64,000 nucleotides of DNA from Eledone cirrhosa (taxonomy: Eukaryota): positions 24,428,001 through 24,492,000 of the forward strand of contig OZ024747.1 of assembly GCA_964016885.1 (NCBI GenBank), in the 5' to 3' direction. A program made the position numbers and the translations under genes. Below are positions 10,369-22,940 of this stretch, piece after piece. Numbering within the stretch: position 1 is the first letter of the stretch; each line of letters starts with the position of its first letter. The notes under the pieces are model-generated. The model ran no database searches, had not been told where the DNA came from, and saw only the letters and a list, made by a program, of their open reading frames with translations.

Positions 10369-10886
10369 TTACTGGTACTTTATTTTATCGACCCCGTAAG
10401 GATGAAAGGCAAAGTTGACTTCGGCAGGATTTGAACTCAGAATGGAAAGGGCCGTAACTCTATGCGTCAAAGCATGACATCCGACTCTCTACCGATACTG
10501 CCAATCCACTATATATAATGTTGATAAGATGTTCAGTTGTGGAGCAGTTGCTATTTAATAGCTATCTATAGACAATAAAAACAACAATGTCTATCTATCT
10601 ATTTATCTATTCATCTATCTACCTACCTATCATTCTATCTAATGGTTCATCCCTCACATTTAATGTATATATATATGTTTGATAATGATAGAAGAAAATA
10701 CGGAAGAAAATGATTTGATTTAAATGAATGTAAAATGAAATATGGTGATAGTTGGACTAGCAAGAGGAAGAATATCCAGGAAAACTCAAGGATTCAAGTA
10801 ACTTTATGTAAAATATTGCTATCAAGGAATCATTAAATTAAACATTATTTACTATAAACCCTGTTAGTTTCGATGGGTTCTATGGT

Positions 10887-10928
<42 letters not shown>

Positions 10929-11032
10929 TACATACATACATACACATATTTATATATATATATATGTTAAGTATTTCCGAAGAAAAAGCAAAGGAAAAAA
11001 GAGTGCTCTATGTATAAAACAGAGCTATTTAA

Positions 11033-11229
11033 TTAGAAAGTGAACAACACAATATATAACTACTCCATTTCCAAAGGTTTCAGGACCCCAGACAATATTA
11101 ACATATGTCTAGTTCACTTGTCAGATAAGCCCTCTATCTGACGAGCGAACTAGATGTATATTACTATTGTCTAGGGTCCTGAAACCTTTGGAAATGGAGT
11201 AGTTATATATTGTGTTGTTCACACTCTAA
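11033..11229. repeat. About 95-bp-arm fold-back containing hammerhead-like motif in each arm
   Basis: Arms invert around 11128-11134; plus arm reads CTGACGA ..CTAGAT...GTCTAG.. GAAAC CTTTGGAAATGGA GTA. Confidence 0.75.
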
Positions 11230-11275
11230 ATATATATATACATGTACACATACTTATATACTTATATATATATAT

Positions 11276-11398
11276 GGCGAAGGCGTGTGGCTGAGTGGTT
11301 AGAGTATTCGATTCACAATCGTGAGGTTGTGAGTTCGATTCCTGAACCAGGCGATGCGTTATGTCCTTGAGCAAGACACTTTATTTCACGTTGCTCCT
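11276..11398 (+). mobile_element. 3'-truncated tRNA/CORE-like SINE
   Basis: TGGCTGAGTGGTTAGAG...GAGTTCGATTCC...TGTCCTTGAGCAAGACACTT. Confidence 0.85.
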
Positions 11399-11495
11399 TC
11401 TACCTGGAGTTGCGACCGATAGATAGTATTAGCAATTGGAAAGACCAACGGAAACATAGTTTCCTCGGTCCGATTTGACGAAAGTCGATCGACTA

Positions 11496-11532
<37 letters not shown>

Positions 11533-11642
11533 TGTGTGTGTGTGTAAGCAAAGAGATATTTAATTTGTTGGTAATTCAAACGGAACCTGAACCGATGAGG
11601 TCTGGTTCCAAGGGTATGTCACTATTTATAAAACAAATTTTG

Positions 11643-11704
11643 TATTTTATCTGATGAGAGCGTACCAAAGTTTTTGGTACCCTTGAAATATATATAACAA
11701 AATA
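11643..11704 (+). ncRNA. Type I hammerhead ribozyme (family C)
   Basis: TATTTTAT CTGATGA GAGCGTACCAAAG TT TTTGGTACCCTT GAAA TATATA TA ACAAAATA. Confidence 0.8.
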
Positions 11705-11850
11705 AATATGGTTTTATAAATATATATATATACATACCTATAAAAATGTGTGTGTGTATGTGTGTGTGTATTTGTGTGTGTGTGTGTGTGTGTTTGTGAA
11801 TAGGACATTGAAAAAAAGACAGAAGTCTGAGGTAGGCAGTTCATTAGTTC

Positions 11851-11985
11851 ATTGTTTTACGATCATTTCAGAGGGTCGATTGATCATGGGAGATCGATGT
11901 ATTGACTAGCATGGTAGTGTTTAGGCTACTACCTATTTCTAGTCTCAAAATTCCTGTTCGATTAACCGTCTTCTTCAGAAACAGT
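11851..11985 (-). ncRNA. Type I hammerhead ribozyme with about 100-nt stem II
   Basis: RC: ACTGTTT CTGAAGA AGACGGTT...GACTAG..GGTAGT/ACTACC..CTAGTC...GACCCTCT GAAA TGATCG TA AAACAAT. Confidence 0.75.
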
Positions 11986-12149
11986 AAATTATGATTTTAT
12001 TAATGGAAACCTTAAGCGGTGATCACCTACTATGAAAACTACTGGTCACACCGCCTAATCTCCTTGCAACCATCTTCCCAAGGACACATTGAGTTATAAC
12101 AACATTATCAGTTCCACCAGAAGCAGATGGAATATGATATATACATACC

Positions 12150-12177
<28 letters not shown>

Positions 12178-12182
<5 letters not shown>

Positions 12183-12403
12183 CAGTCCACGCTGTAATAT
12201 GGTCATGGAGGTAACACAGTAAAAAGACCCAGTCCACACTGTAAATGTGGCTGGTGTTAGGATGGGCATCCAGCCGTAGAAAACCTGCCAGATCGTGCTA
12301 TATGAGCGAGATATGGTCATCCAACCAACCTTGTCTCAAATTGGGACAACTCCAGTCTAACCCATGCTAGCGTGGAAGATGGACGTTAAACGATGATGAT
12401 GAT
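12178..12403 (-). mobile_element. RTE/SINE 3' tail fragment
   Basis: GGTGTTAGGATGGGCATCCAGCCGTAGAAA...ACCCATGCTAGCGTGGAAGATGGACGTTAAACGATGATG read on + strand; homologous to RTE 3' UTR (the element itself reads left to right). Confidence 0.6.
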
Positions 12404-12655
12404 ATATACGTATATATATATATATAGAGGTATATATATATATATAGGTATATATATATATATATATATAGGTATATATATATATATATATAGGTATATA
12501 TATATATATATAGGTATATATATATATATATAGGTATATATATATAGGTATATATATATATAGGTATATATATATATATATATAGGTATATATATATATA
12601 TATAGGTATATATATATATAGGTATATATATATATATATAGGTATATATATATAG

Positions 12656-12712
<57 letters not shown>

Positions 12713-12757
12713 TATATATATATATAGGTATATATATATATATATAGGTAGATATAT
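12404..12757. repeat. (TA)n array punctuated by GG
   Basis: Direct inspection. Confidence 0.95.
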
Positions 12758-12791
12758 AATAAGATCAAAAGATGGTTAAAAGAGTTCCATG

Positions 12792-12862
12792 TATTTTATT
12801 ATACGCATTTCAAAAACAAATATCATCATGCGATGACATTTGCGTTTTCGTCAGATAAAATA
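12792..12862 (-). ncRNA. Hammerhead ribozyme in 3' pLTR (family B)
   Basis: RC: TATTTTAT CTGACGA AAACGCAAATGTCATC GCAT GATGATATTTGTTTTT GAAA TGCGTA TA ATAAAATA. Confidence 0.88.
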
Positions 12863-13861
12863 GGGAGACATGATATGAAGGTTAAAAAACACTTGTGAAT
12901 AGTGCAGTTTTAAATCAACATATGAAAAGTAGTTTTAGATTGATGTGTGATATTGGGAAAAAATTGAGGGGGGTGGGGTGGAAAGGATGAAAAAGAGGAA
13001 GAGATGAGAGTAAAGAATGGAGGGGGGGGAGTATAATAAGGAAGGATGAGATAGGAGGGGAGATGGGTGATAGAGATAGCTTTTATAACTGAGAAAAATA
13101 TATTGTTTTACAGAATGAGGTTAAAAAACCGTTGGAAGATAATATATAAATTAAAAGAATTTGAAATTTAACGAAGAGAAAAATTTAAGAATAATGTTAA
13201 ATTAAGGTTTGTATATTGAAGGGTTTAATAATATGTGCGATGAAAAGAAATTGTTAATATGTATTAAGAATAATATTAAGTTAAGGTTTGAACATTGAAG
13301 GGTTTAATAATATGTGCGATGGAAAGAAATTGTTGATATGTATTATTAAAAAAATATAAAATATAACAAGAGTAATGTAATTAAGGATATATTGTGAAAA
13401 GAAGTAGAATAGTAATATGTATAAGTTAGAAAAGCATGAAAGGGAGAAAAAATAATGAATTGAGGATGAATAATCTAATGTAAAAAAAAATTTTTATGTT
13501 TACGAAGGATTTTTCAAGGTGATATTATAAAATATTTAAAAGGGTAATAGTAAATTTTATGGCCAGTGATAGGATGGAAGAAGGAAGAGTGGATATATTG
13601 TGGTGAGTAATAATGAGAATTGAGAAGTATCTAGGAAGAAAAGGTACAGATTAGAGGTTAGAAATTAAAAGAAAAAAGGAAAAAAAGAAAGAAAGGGAAG
13701 TGATAAATAGGAGTGATATAGAATGAGTAACTAGTATTATATAATGTATAATAAATAACATTGAAATAAGGTAGAAAGATGGGTATATTTTTAAAGAAAT
13801 ATATATGTATATATATATGTACCTTTGAGAAAAGGATTTTAAATTGGTAAAGTATTAGATA

Positions 13862-16265
13862 TTAGCTGTATACTTTATGGAATGTTCTGTGGAATTTATG
13901 CAAGCAGAGAGAAAACAAGTCAGTGCGTCTATTTATTATAGAATCTAAATTGGATATAATGGTAAATTTCTCACATAAACAGAGATTACATGTCTTGGAT
14001 AGAGAAGCATTCAAGTATGGAGAAGCAGAACAAACCTTCCTCCAAGAGATGTTATAGTTAATATTTTTGTCTTTCAAGGACCATATGAGTTCTGAGAGTG
14101 CCGTGTTGGTTCTTTTAAGTTGGTATTTAAAAGACGAATGATGATTATAAAGACGAGCTTTAAAGGAGGTGGAAGTGGAGCCAAAATAGGTAAAGGAATT
14201 GGTGTCAGTTATAACTTGACATTCGTAGATTAAGTTTTTTAAAGACAATGGTTGTTGAGAGGACATTTATTTTTAACAGGGCAATTACAATTGCGATTAG
14301 AGAAATTAACAGAGTTATTAACAAGTGACCTAGTGTTATCTATAGAAGGAATTGGATTGGAGAAGTTATTTACGATAGGAATAATAGTTTCTTGATTTAG
14401 ATTGGGATTAAGAACATTTAGCGAAGTTGCATTTGACGTTGTATTTGGGTTTGCAGAAATTAGCCTAGAGTTAACAATGACGTCGGGAGTACTATTACTA
14501 TTATTATGATATTCAGTGTTGGAAGGAAGAGATTTAGTATTTAGTATTTTATTGTTGTGTTTAGAGATAATGTTGGAGATGTTGGAGGAGGTCGAATAGG
14601 AAAATTTTATAGTGTGTTTGTTAAATATTTTACTATAGATATGTGAGGGAGGGAGGGAAGCATTTATTTAAGGCACTAAAGAATAATTTAGGAATATTAT
14701 TATTAATAGAAAGGAGCATTATACCAGATTATGTTTTTGTATCTAGGTCTTTTATTAAAGTTATTGGAATGATCATGATTAATTATTCTACTGTAAGATC
14801 TTCTAGAATTTGTTTCTTTACTATATTTGATTTTATCAGGATAACCGGCTTTAGAAAGCGCGTTATTATAGTAATTGGTGTTAGCATCAAAGATGTTTTT
14901 ATTAGATGATAGGTTGGATATTCTTTTTCCAATATTACTGACTATAGCATTCTTAATATTAGTGGGGTGGTTAGATTTAAAATTAACATAATTTAGATTC
15001 TCATTGTTTTTATGGTAAGGGTAATATAGGCCAGTGTCAAGATTAAGAGATACATCCAAGAAATTAGCTAGTTTGATGTTGTTATCAAATTCAATTTTTA
15101 AGTTATGTTGGTTAAAGAGATTACGTATATTGTTCTTAATAATATTAAGGTTAACTATGTTGCAATTTAAGATAGTAAAGAGTCCATCGTCACGATAAAT
15201 TCCACCGCGAAGTTGAGAAATTTTCCGATTCAAAGTGTTCAAAATAAAGATACCAATTAAATCTGTCAATTGGGATGAATCGGATGCTCCCATTGTGATG
15301 TCAAAGTTATTAGAGGTATCAGCTCCTGTCCAATATTCATTGTTGAACTCTAGGATGGTTTTACGTGCGGTGAGAATGATGTGAAGTTCATCTGTGGTGA
15401 TGTCTGAATATTTGTAAGCGAAAGATAGAGCATTGTTGAGAAGTGAGGGTGAAATAGAAGAATAGTAGCTGGCAATATCAAATTGAATAAATTTTTGTTT
15501 GTTTTTCTTATTCAATTTGTTGAACCAGCCAATCACTTCAGAAGTACCAAACCATAAATTTAAGTTCAAAGAAGAGCAATTAGAACGAACCTGTGGGATA
15601 ATTCTATCCAAGATGGCTTTACTAACAACCCCCAGATCTGATTTAGAGGGGGCGATTAGTCTAACAGGTAGTTCAGTACGAAAGTTGTTTTTGTGATCCT
15701 TGAGATTTATCCTCGGAGTTCTTGGGAGGAATGGTTCGGTCTTTTTTCCGATGCCAAGTTTTGACATAATCTCAGAAGCTTCAAAGTTTATGGATTCTAA
15801 ATTATCATGGTTGGTTTTGCGATATATTTTCCTAAGTTCCTTTAGGATAAGGTTGTTATACTTATCCTTAGAAATACCATATAAATTATTTGTTTTGTCA
15901 GAGTGGACTAAAACATTTTTTGAGGAATTTAGGTTTGAAATCGTGTTCTTGAGATTTACAAGGTGCTCTTGTCCTCTGTAAGGGTTTCTCTTGAATTTAA
16001 GATTTTTTATAATGTTAGTTAACTCTTCCTCGAATTGCACTAGATTTTTGTTGGAAGGAGGATTTCTTCTAGAATTAAATAAATGATCGAGAAAGTTATG
16101 TTCCTTGGTATAGAAGTTCCCTTTTAGGCACTAGTCATAGAAATAAGCTATCCATCTAAGCCTTCTTGTAAAGGAGTCAGTTTTTTCAATTAGAAGTTTG
16201 GTGAATTCAGATTTACCAGGTATAGGAATGTCTTTAGTTGAAGTGGTTAGGTTGTAATAATCCAT
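13862..16265 (-). pseudogene. PLE polyprotein (RT + GIY-YIG endonuclease) with one in-frame TAG and about 2 frameshifts
   Basis: ATG at 16265 (MDYYNL...STKDIPIP); FIQFDIASYYSSI, FDITMGASDS, GIYRDDGL, NFLDV; CNCPVKNKC linker; LIYEC...YFGST...FKARLYNH; CNLCLCEK. Confidence 0.92.
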
Positions 16266-16372
16266 GATGTAGAAGAAAAAGTGAAGGATATCGGATAAGT
16301 AGCACTCTACAGTTTGTAGGACTGGAGTATAAATAATATATAAGATCAAAAGATGGTTAAAAGAGTTCCATG

Positions 16373-16443
16373 TATTTTATTATGCACATTTCAAAAACAT
16401 ATATCATCATGCGATGACATTTGCGTTTTCGTCAGATAAAATA
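16373..16443 (-). ncRNA. Hammerhead ribozyme in 5' pLTR (family B)
   Basis: Same fold as 12792-12862; stem III TGTGCA. Confidence 0.88.
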
Positions 16444-16733
16444 GGGAGACATGATATGAAGGTTAAAAAACACTTGTGAATAGTGCAGTTTTAAATCAAC
16501 ATATGAAAAGTAGTTTTAGATTGATGTGTGATATTTGGAAAAAATTGAGGGGGGGGGGGTTGGAAAGGATGAAAAAGAGGAGGAGATGAGAGTAAAGAAT
16601 GGAGGGGGAGGAGTATAATAAGGAAGGGTGAGATAGGAGGAGAGATGAGTGATAGAGAGAGAGAGATAGCTTTTATAACTGAGAAAAATATATTGTTTTA
16701 CAGAAAGAGGTTAAAAAACCGTTGGAAGATAAT

Positions 16734-17779
16734 CATCATCATCATCATCATCACCGTTTAACGTCCGTGTTCCACGCTTGCATGGGTTTGGACGGGGGTA
16801 GTCCCACTTGAGGCAAGAGTGATTGTCTTGCTCGCATAGGACTGTCTGGCAGGTTTTCTACAGTTGGATGCCCTTCCTAACACCAACCACATTTACAGTG
16901 TGGGTCTGGGAGGTTTTTACCGTGTTGCCTACACGGCCACATTACAGCGTGGACTGTGTGTTTTTTTGTCGTGACACCTACACGATCTCATTTGTTTCGG
17001 CCTGGATGGTGTGGCACCAACACAACTTTACATAGAACGGGGTGGCGTGGATGGGTTGGGGGTGGTGGGACGGGTGGGGGGTATTTTGTTAGATGCCTAC
17101 TGGCTGTAGTAGGTTTTACTATGTATTTAGGTAAGGCGGGTCTTCTCTGTTACTGAGTACCGCCAAAGGTCTCGGTCCAGTGACATTGTCTTGGAGAGGT
17201 GTAAGTGTGTGAGGTCGGAGTTTATCAGCTCGTCCCAGGTTTTTCTAGGTCTGCCTATTCCGTGGCTACCGTCTATCTTTAATGCCCTGCACTTTGTTAT
17301 ACAGCTATCGACTTTCATGCGCATCACGTGTCCATACCAACGTAGCCTTCTCTCGAGTAAACAACATCTGATCCCTCTTATTTCTAATTTTTTCCTTAGT
17401 TCGTTTATGCTTTGCCGTTCACGTATATTACTGTTACACATCCAGCGGAGCATGCAAGCTTCGTTCCTATCTAGTCTGCGTATATCCTCTGCACACAATG
17501 CCCAGGTCTCACTGCCATGCAACATTGCTGTTCGTATGCAGGCATCGTACAACCTGCCTTTCATTTTTAGGGAGAACCCTTTAGCAGCTAATAGTGGTAT
17601 AAGCTCTCTGAACTTTTTCCAACCAGTTGTCAGAACTGGTTGGAAAAAGTTCAGAGAGCTTACTGTACTTTCAGAGCACCCTCCCCCACTGCTGATTTTA
17701 TCACCCAGGTAACGGAAACTGTCCACTATTTCTATAGAACCCTCTGCGCAATTGAAAGAGCTAGTATTTTGTGGGCACT
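16734..17779 (-). mobile_element. 5'-truncated RTE (family B) inserted in the PLE upstream pLTR
   Basis: ORF 17127-17726 matches 48290-49519; pLTR sequence resumes at 17780 (matches 13144 onward). Confidence 0.92.
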
Positions 17780-17933
17780 ATATAAATTAAAAGAATTTGA
17801 AAATTAACGAAGAGAAAAATTTAAGAATAATGTTAAATTAAGGTTTGTATATTGAAGGGTTTAATAATATGTGCGATGAAAAGAAATTGTTAATATGTAT
17901 TAAGAATAATATTAAGTTAAGGTTTGAATATTG

Positions 17934-18390
17934 ATATTTCCCAATATCACACATCAATCTAAAACTGCTTTTTATATGTTGATTTAAAACTGCACTATTC
18001 ACAAGTGTTTTTTAACCTTCATATCATGTCTCCCTATTTTATCTGACGAAAACGCAAATGTCATCGCATGATGATATTTGTTTTTGAAATGTGCATAATA
18101 AAATACATGGAACTCTTTTAACCATCTTTTGATCTTATATATTATTTATACTCCAGTCCTACAAACTGTAGAGTGCTACTTATCCGATATCTGCATTGCT
18201 TTATTGTACTACAATAAAACTCTCCTCCTACATTAACTTGCTCCTTAACGGTTGAGCGCTAACTCTCATATTGGATACCTTTTGATGGTCCTTTACTTTT
18301 TCTTCTACAACATGGATTATTACAACCTAACCACTTCAACTAAAGACATTCCTATACCTGGTAAATCTGAATTCACCAAACTTCTAATTG
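17934..18390 (+). mobile_element. Inverted pLTR plus ORF start of the same PLE
   Basis: Reverse complement of 16190-16540 including [26 protein letters not shown]; ends in (TA)n. Confidence 0.9.
18035..18105 (+). ncRNA. Hammerhead ribozyme (family B)
   Basis: TATTTTAT CTGACGA [16-bp stem II] GAAA TGTGCA TA ATAAAATA. Confidence 0.88.
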
Positions 18391-18395
18391 TATAT

Positions 18396-18443
<48 letters not shown>

Positions 18444-18677
18444 ATATATATATCAAATATATATATATCTCTATATATATATATATCTATATATATATAT
18501 ATCTCTCTATATATATATCTATATATATATATATATATATATACCTATATATATATATATACCTATATATATATATATATTTACTGTCATTTCTATAATA
18601 CGAAGAGGGTGTTTAACTCCAAACACACTCCAGTATTTTAACCCTTATATATATATATCTGTATATATATATATATA

Positions 18678-18720
<43 letters not shown>

Positions 18721-18913
18721 ATATATATATATACCTATATATATATATATATATACCTATATAAATATATATCTATATATCTCTCTCTATATATATATAT
18801 ACCTATATATATACCTATATATATATATATATATACCTATATATATATATATACCTATATATATATATATATATACCTATATATATATATATACCTATAT
18901 ATATATATATATA

Positions 18914-18988
<75 letters not shown>

Positions 18989-19229
18989 ATATATATATAT
19001 ATATATACCTATATATATATATATATATACCTATATATATATATATATATATATACCTATATATATATATATATATACCTATATATATATATATATATAT
19101 ATACCTATATATATATATATATACCTATATATATATATATATATACCTATATATATATATATATACCTATATATATATATATATACCTATATATATATAT
19201 ATATATATACCTATATATATATATATATA

Positions 19230-19270
<41 letters not shown>

Positions 19271-19293
19271 ATATACCTATATATATATATATA

Positions 19294-19336
<43 letters not shown>

Positions 19337-19587
19337 ATATATATATATATATATATATACCTATATATATATATATATATATACCTATATATATATATAT
19401 ATACCTATATATATATATATATACCTATATATATATATATATACCTATATATATATATATATATATATACCTATATATATATATATATATATATACCTAT
19501 ATATATATATATATACCTATATATATATATATATATACCTATATATATATATATATATATATACCTATATATATATATACCTATATT
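18391..19587. repeat. (TA)n array punctuated by CC
   Basis: Direct inspection; short unique insert at 18580-18645. Confidence 0.95.
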
Positions 19588-19589
19588 AT

Positions 19590-20500
19590 TTTTTTCTCCC
19601 CATCAACGAACTCATTATTAATACATATCAATTCAATATACAAACTTTAACTTCACATTATTTTTCTCAAATCCTTCTACACACAAACCTTAACCTTTTT
19701 TTTCTCTTCGCTAATTTTGAAATTGCCACAATACATACATTTCTTCTTTTGACGTTAGAATATTCACCCACAATTATTATTTTTTTCTCTCTATCTTCAT
19801 ACATAATTTCCCTTCGTTAATTTTCAAATTCCTTTAATTTATACATTATCTTCCAACGGTTCCCAACCTCTCTATATTAAAACAATATATCTTTTTCTCA
19901 GTTATAAAACCTATCTCTTTCTCTCTATCACCCATCTCTCCCTCTCCACCTTCACTCTCATCTCCTCCCCCCTTTTTTTCATCCTCCCCCCCCCCTCCCT
20001 AAATAAAATATTTTTTCCTCCCTTCGTTAATTTTCAAAATTTTTAATTTATACAGTATCTTCCAACGGTTTTCAACCCCTCTATGTAAAAAATATATCTC
20101 CTCTCAGTTATAAAAACTATCTCTTTCTCTCTATCACCCATCTCTCCCTCTCATCTCCTTCCCTTTTCATCCTTTCCCCCCCCCTCTCTAAATAAAATAT
20201 TTTTCCCAATATCACACATCAATCTAAAACCACTTTTCATATGTTGATTTAAAACTGCACTATCAACAAGTGTTTTTTTAGCCTTCATATCATGTTCTCC
20301 TGTTTTATCTGATGAAAACACAAATATTATTGCTTGATGATGTTTGTTTTTGAAATGCGCATAATAAAATATATGGAACTCCTTTAACCATCTTTTGATC
20401 TTATATTATGCATACTCCAGTCCCACAAACTGTAGAGTGCTTCTTATCCGATATCTGCATTGCTTTATTGTACTACAATAAAACTCACCTCCTACATACC
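19590..20500 (+). mobile_element. Diverged solo PLE 3' UTR/pLTR with internal ~200-bp duplication
   Basis: Homologous to 26700-27360; 19810-20020 repeated at 20020-20205. Confidence 0.82.
20301..20371 (+). ncRNA. Hammerhead ribozyme (family B, diverged)
   Basis: TGTTTTAT CTGATGA AAACACAAATATTATT GCTT GATGATGTTTGTTTTT GAAA TGCGCA TA ATAAAATA; changes retain pairing through G-U. Confidence 0.86.
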
Positions 20501-20542
20501 TATATATATATATACATATACCTATATATATATATATATACC

Positions 20543-20573
<31 letters not shown>

Positions 20574-20616
20574 ATATATATATATATATATATACCTATA
20601 TATATATATATATACC

Positions 20617-20707
<91 letters not shown>

Positions 20708-20720
20708 ATATATATATACC

Positions 20721-20751
<31 letters not shown>

Positions 20752-20818
20752 ATATATATATATATACCTATATATACAATATTAAATAAATGGAAAACTA
20801 TATTTATAAAACCATATT

Positions 20819-20884
20819 TATTTCATTATATATATTTCGGGGATATCATATTAACAATATGCTATGCCTTCATCAGACAAAATA
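20819..20884 (-). ncRNA. Hammerhead ribozyme (family C, different stem II)
   Basis: RC: TATTTTGT CTGATGA AGGCATAGCATATTG TT AATATGATATCCCC GAAA TATATA TA ATGAAATA. Confidence 0.78.
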
Positions 20885-21207
20885 CAATATAAACAGTTTT
20901 ATAGATAAATAGATTCGACATACCGTTATAACACCGACTTCATTTGAAGAGGTTTACGCTGGCTGTGAAAAAATTTTACACAGAGAGAAAGAAAGAGAGA
21001 AAACAGAAAGAAAGATAGAAAACGAAGAAAAAGATAGATAAAGCGAAGAACTTCATGTAAAGAAACAGAAAGAGATATATATATATATATAGAGAGAGGA
21101 AATAGAGATAGATATATATATATATATAGAAATATTTGTCGAGTGCTTTTATATCAGTTATAAATATTTACTAGTTGTAACCCAACAATTTTAAATATAA
21201 CTTTCCA

Positions 21208-21257
21208 TATACCTATATATATATATATACATACCTATATATATATATATATACATA

Positions 21258-21314
<57 letters not shown>

Positions 21315-21751
21315 ATATATATATACCTATATATATCTCTATATATATATATCTATATATATATACCTATATATATATATATACACCTATATATATATAT
21401 ATATACCTATATATATATATATACCTATATATATATATATACCTATATATATATATATATATACCTATATATATATATATACCTATATATATATATATAC
21501 CTATATATATATATACCTATATACATATATACCTATATATATATATATATACCTATATATATATATATATACCTATATATATATAGATACCTATATATAT
21601 ATATACCTATATATATATATATATATACCTATATATATATATATACCTATATATATATATATATACCTATATATATATATATATATATACCTATATATAT
21701 ATATATATACCTATATATATATATATATATACCTATATATATATATATATA

Positions 21752-21786
<35 letters not shown>

Positions 21787-21923
21787 ATATATATACCTAT
21801 ATATATATATATACCTATATATATATATATATATATACCTATATATATATATATATACCTATATATATATATATATATATATATACCTATATATATATAC
21901 CTATATATATATATATATATATA

Positions 21924-21968
<45 letters not shown>

Positions 21969-21990
21969 ATATATACCTATATATATACCT
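21208..21990. repeat. (TA)n array punctuated by CC
   Basis: Direct inspection. Confidence 0.95.
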
Positions 21991-22300
21991 AGTTGCTTAT
22001 TGTGATCCAGTTCGTGGTTAAGAAAGCCAGTTTCATGGATGGTTTCAACGTACAGTTAGGGGTAATTCCACAAGTTTGTAAGAATTCCGTTCAATCTTGG
22101 AGTATAAAGTATAAAAGAGAAAACAGAGGTGAGCATTAAGAGAAGGATTTTATCCAGGTATTTACGACCGTTTCATTGGTAAGTGCAACCTTATATTGCT
22201 ATACTGCATAGTGGTTGAACACTGGAAGGTAATGTCCGTAGTGGTAGAGTTAGGTAGGAGTAGTAACACAAGTAGTAACACAACAGTTAGTTCACCATAC

Positions 22301-22338
22301 CGAGAACATTTGTTTCACCTTAGCGGATCCTCAGCTCG
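22301..22338 (-). ncRNA. Minimal hammerhead (family D)
   Basis: RC: CGAG CTGAGGA TCC GCTAA GGT GAAA CAAATG TT CTCG. Confidence 0.75.
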
Positions 22339-22903
22339 TAATGGACAAGGTTATACGGAACAGCAAGGACAACCGTACGAACGCGCATGCACGGAAACGA
22401 TCACTTCACACCGGCAATACTAAAATCTGTGCGAGAGGTGTAAGGGAGATAACTGCGAAAGTCCGAAAAGACGTTCATCAATGAAACTCGCGAGCCATGT
22501 ATGGTCCCTCAAGGACTCAAGTATAGACTACTCCATTCAATGGAAAGCCATCACTAAGTCCAAGCCATACGCAAGGGGAAATGCGTCGTGTGGACTATGT
22601 ATTGATGAACGAATAAATATTCTAAAGAGATTATTCAATAGCGATTGCCTAACCACGAGAAATGAATTCTTCACACGTTGTCCACACGTCTCGAAACACC
22701 TCTTACGTAACTACAAAGGTCCGGATTGAATTACAACAACATCCTAATTTTCTTATCAACTAGAAACCTTTCGGACTTTTGTAGTTATCCCCCCCCCCTT
22801 ACACCTCTCGCACGCATTTTGGTATTGCCTGTGTGAAGTGATCGTTTCTGCGCATGCGCGTTCGTACGGTTATCCTTCCTGTTCCGTATAACCATGTCCA
22901 TTA

Positions 22904-22940
22904 CGAGCTGAGGATCGCTAAGGTGAAATAATTGTTCTCG
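22904..22940 (+). ncRNA. Minimal hammerhead (family D)
   Basis: CGAG CTGAGGA TC GCTAA GGT GAAA TAATTG TT CTCG; consensus stem III CAATTG. Confidence 0.72.

Larger units (their letters stand above)
12760..16733 (-). mobile_element. Full-length Penelope-like retroelement (Naiad-like) with direct pLTRs
   Basis: Direct repeats 12760-13143 and 16342-16733, each with a hammerhead; RT plus GIY-YIG ORF between them. Confidence 0.93.

Noticed and set aside
11430-11500. Hammerhead 3' half GAAA GTCGATCGAC TA; similar halves near 10845-10880, 22155-22180, 40030-40170 and 53035-53070
   Set aside because: One of the two core strands is missing or too degenerate; possible relics but not called
16131-16133. 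Selenocysteine or readthrough recoding in the Naiad-like ORF
   Set aside because: The in-frame stop is TAG, not TGA, and the conserved Cys codons are ordinary TGT/TGC
18388-19650. Long YI/IY-repeat ORFs (also 12367, 27401, 30064, 31079, 37512, 38586, 40579)
   Set aside because: Translations of (TA)n/(CA)n microsatellites, which lack stop codons
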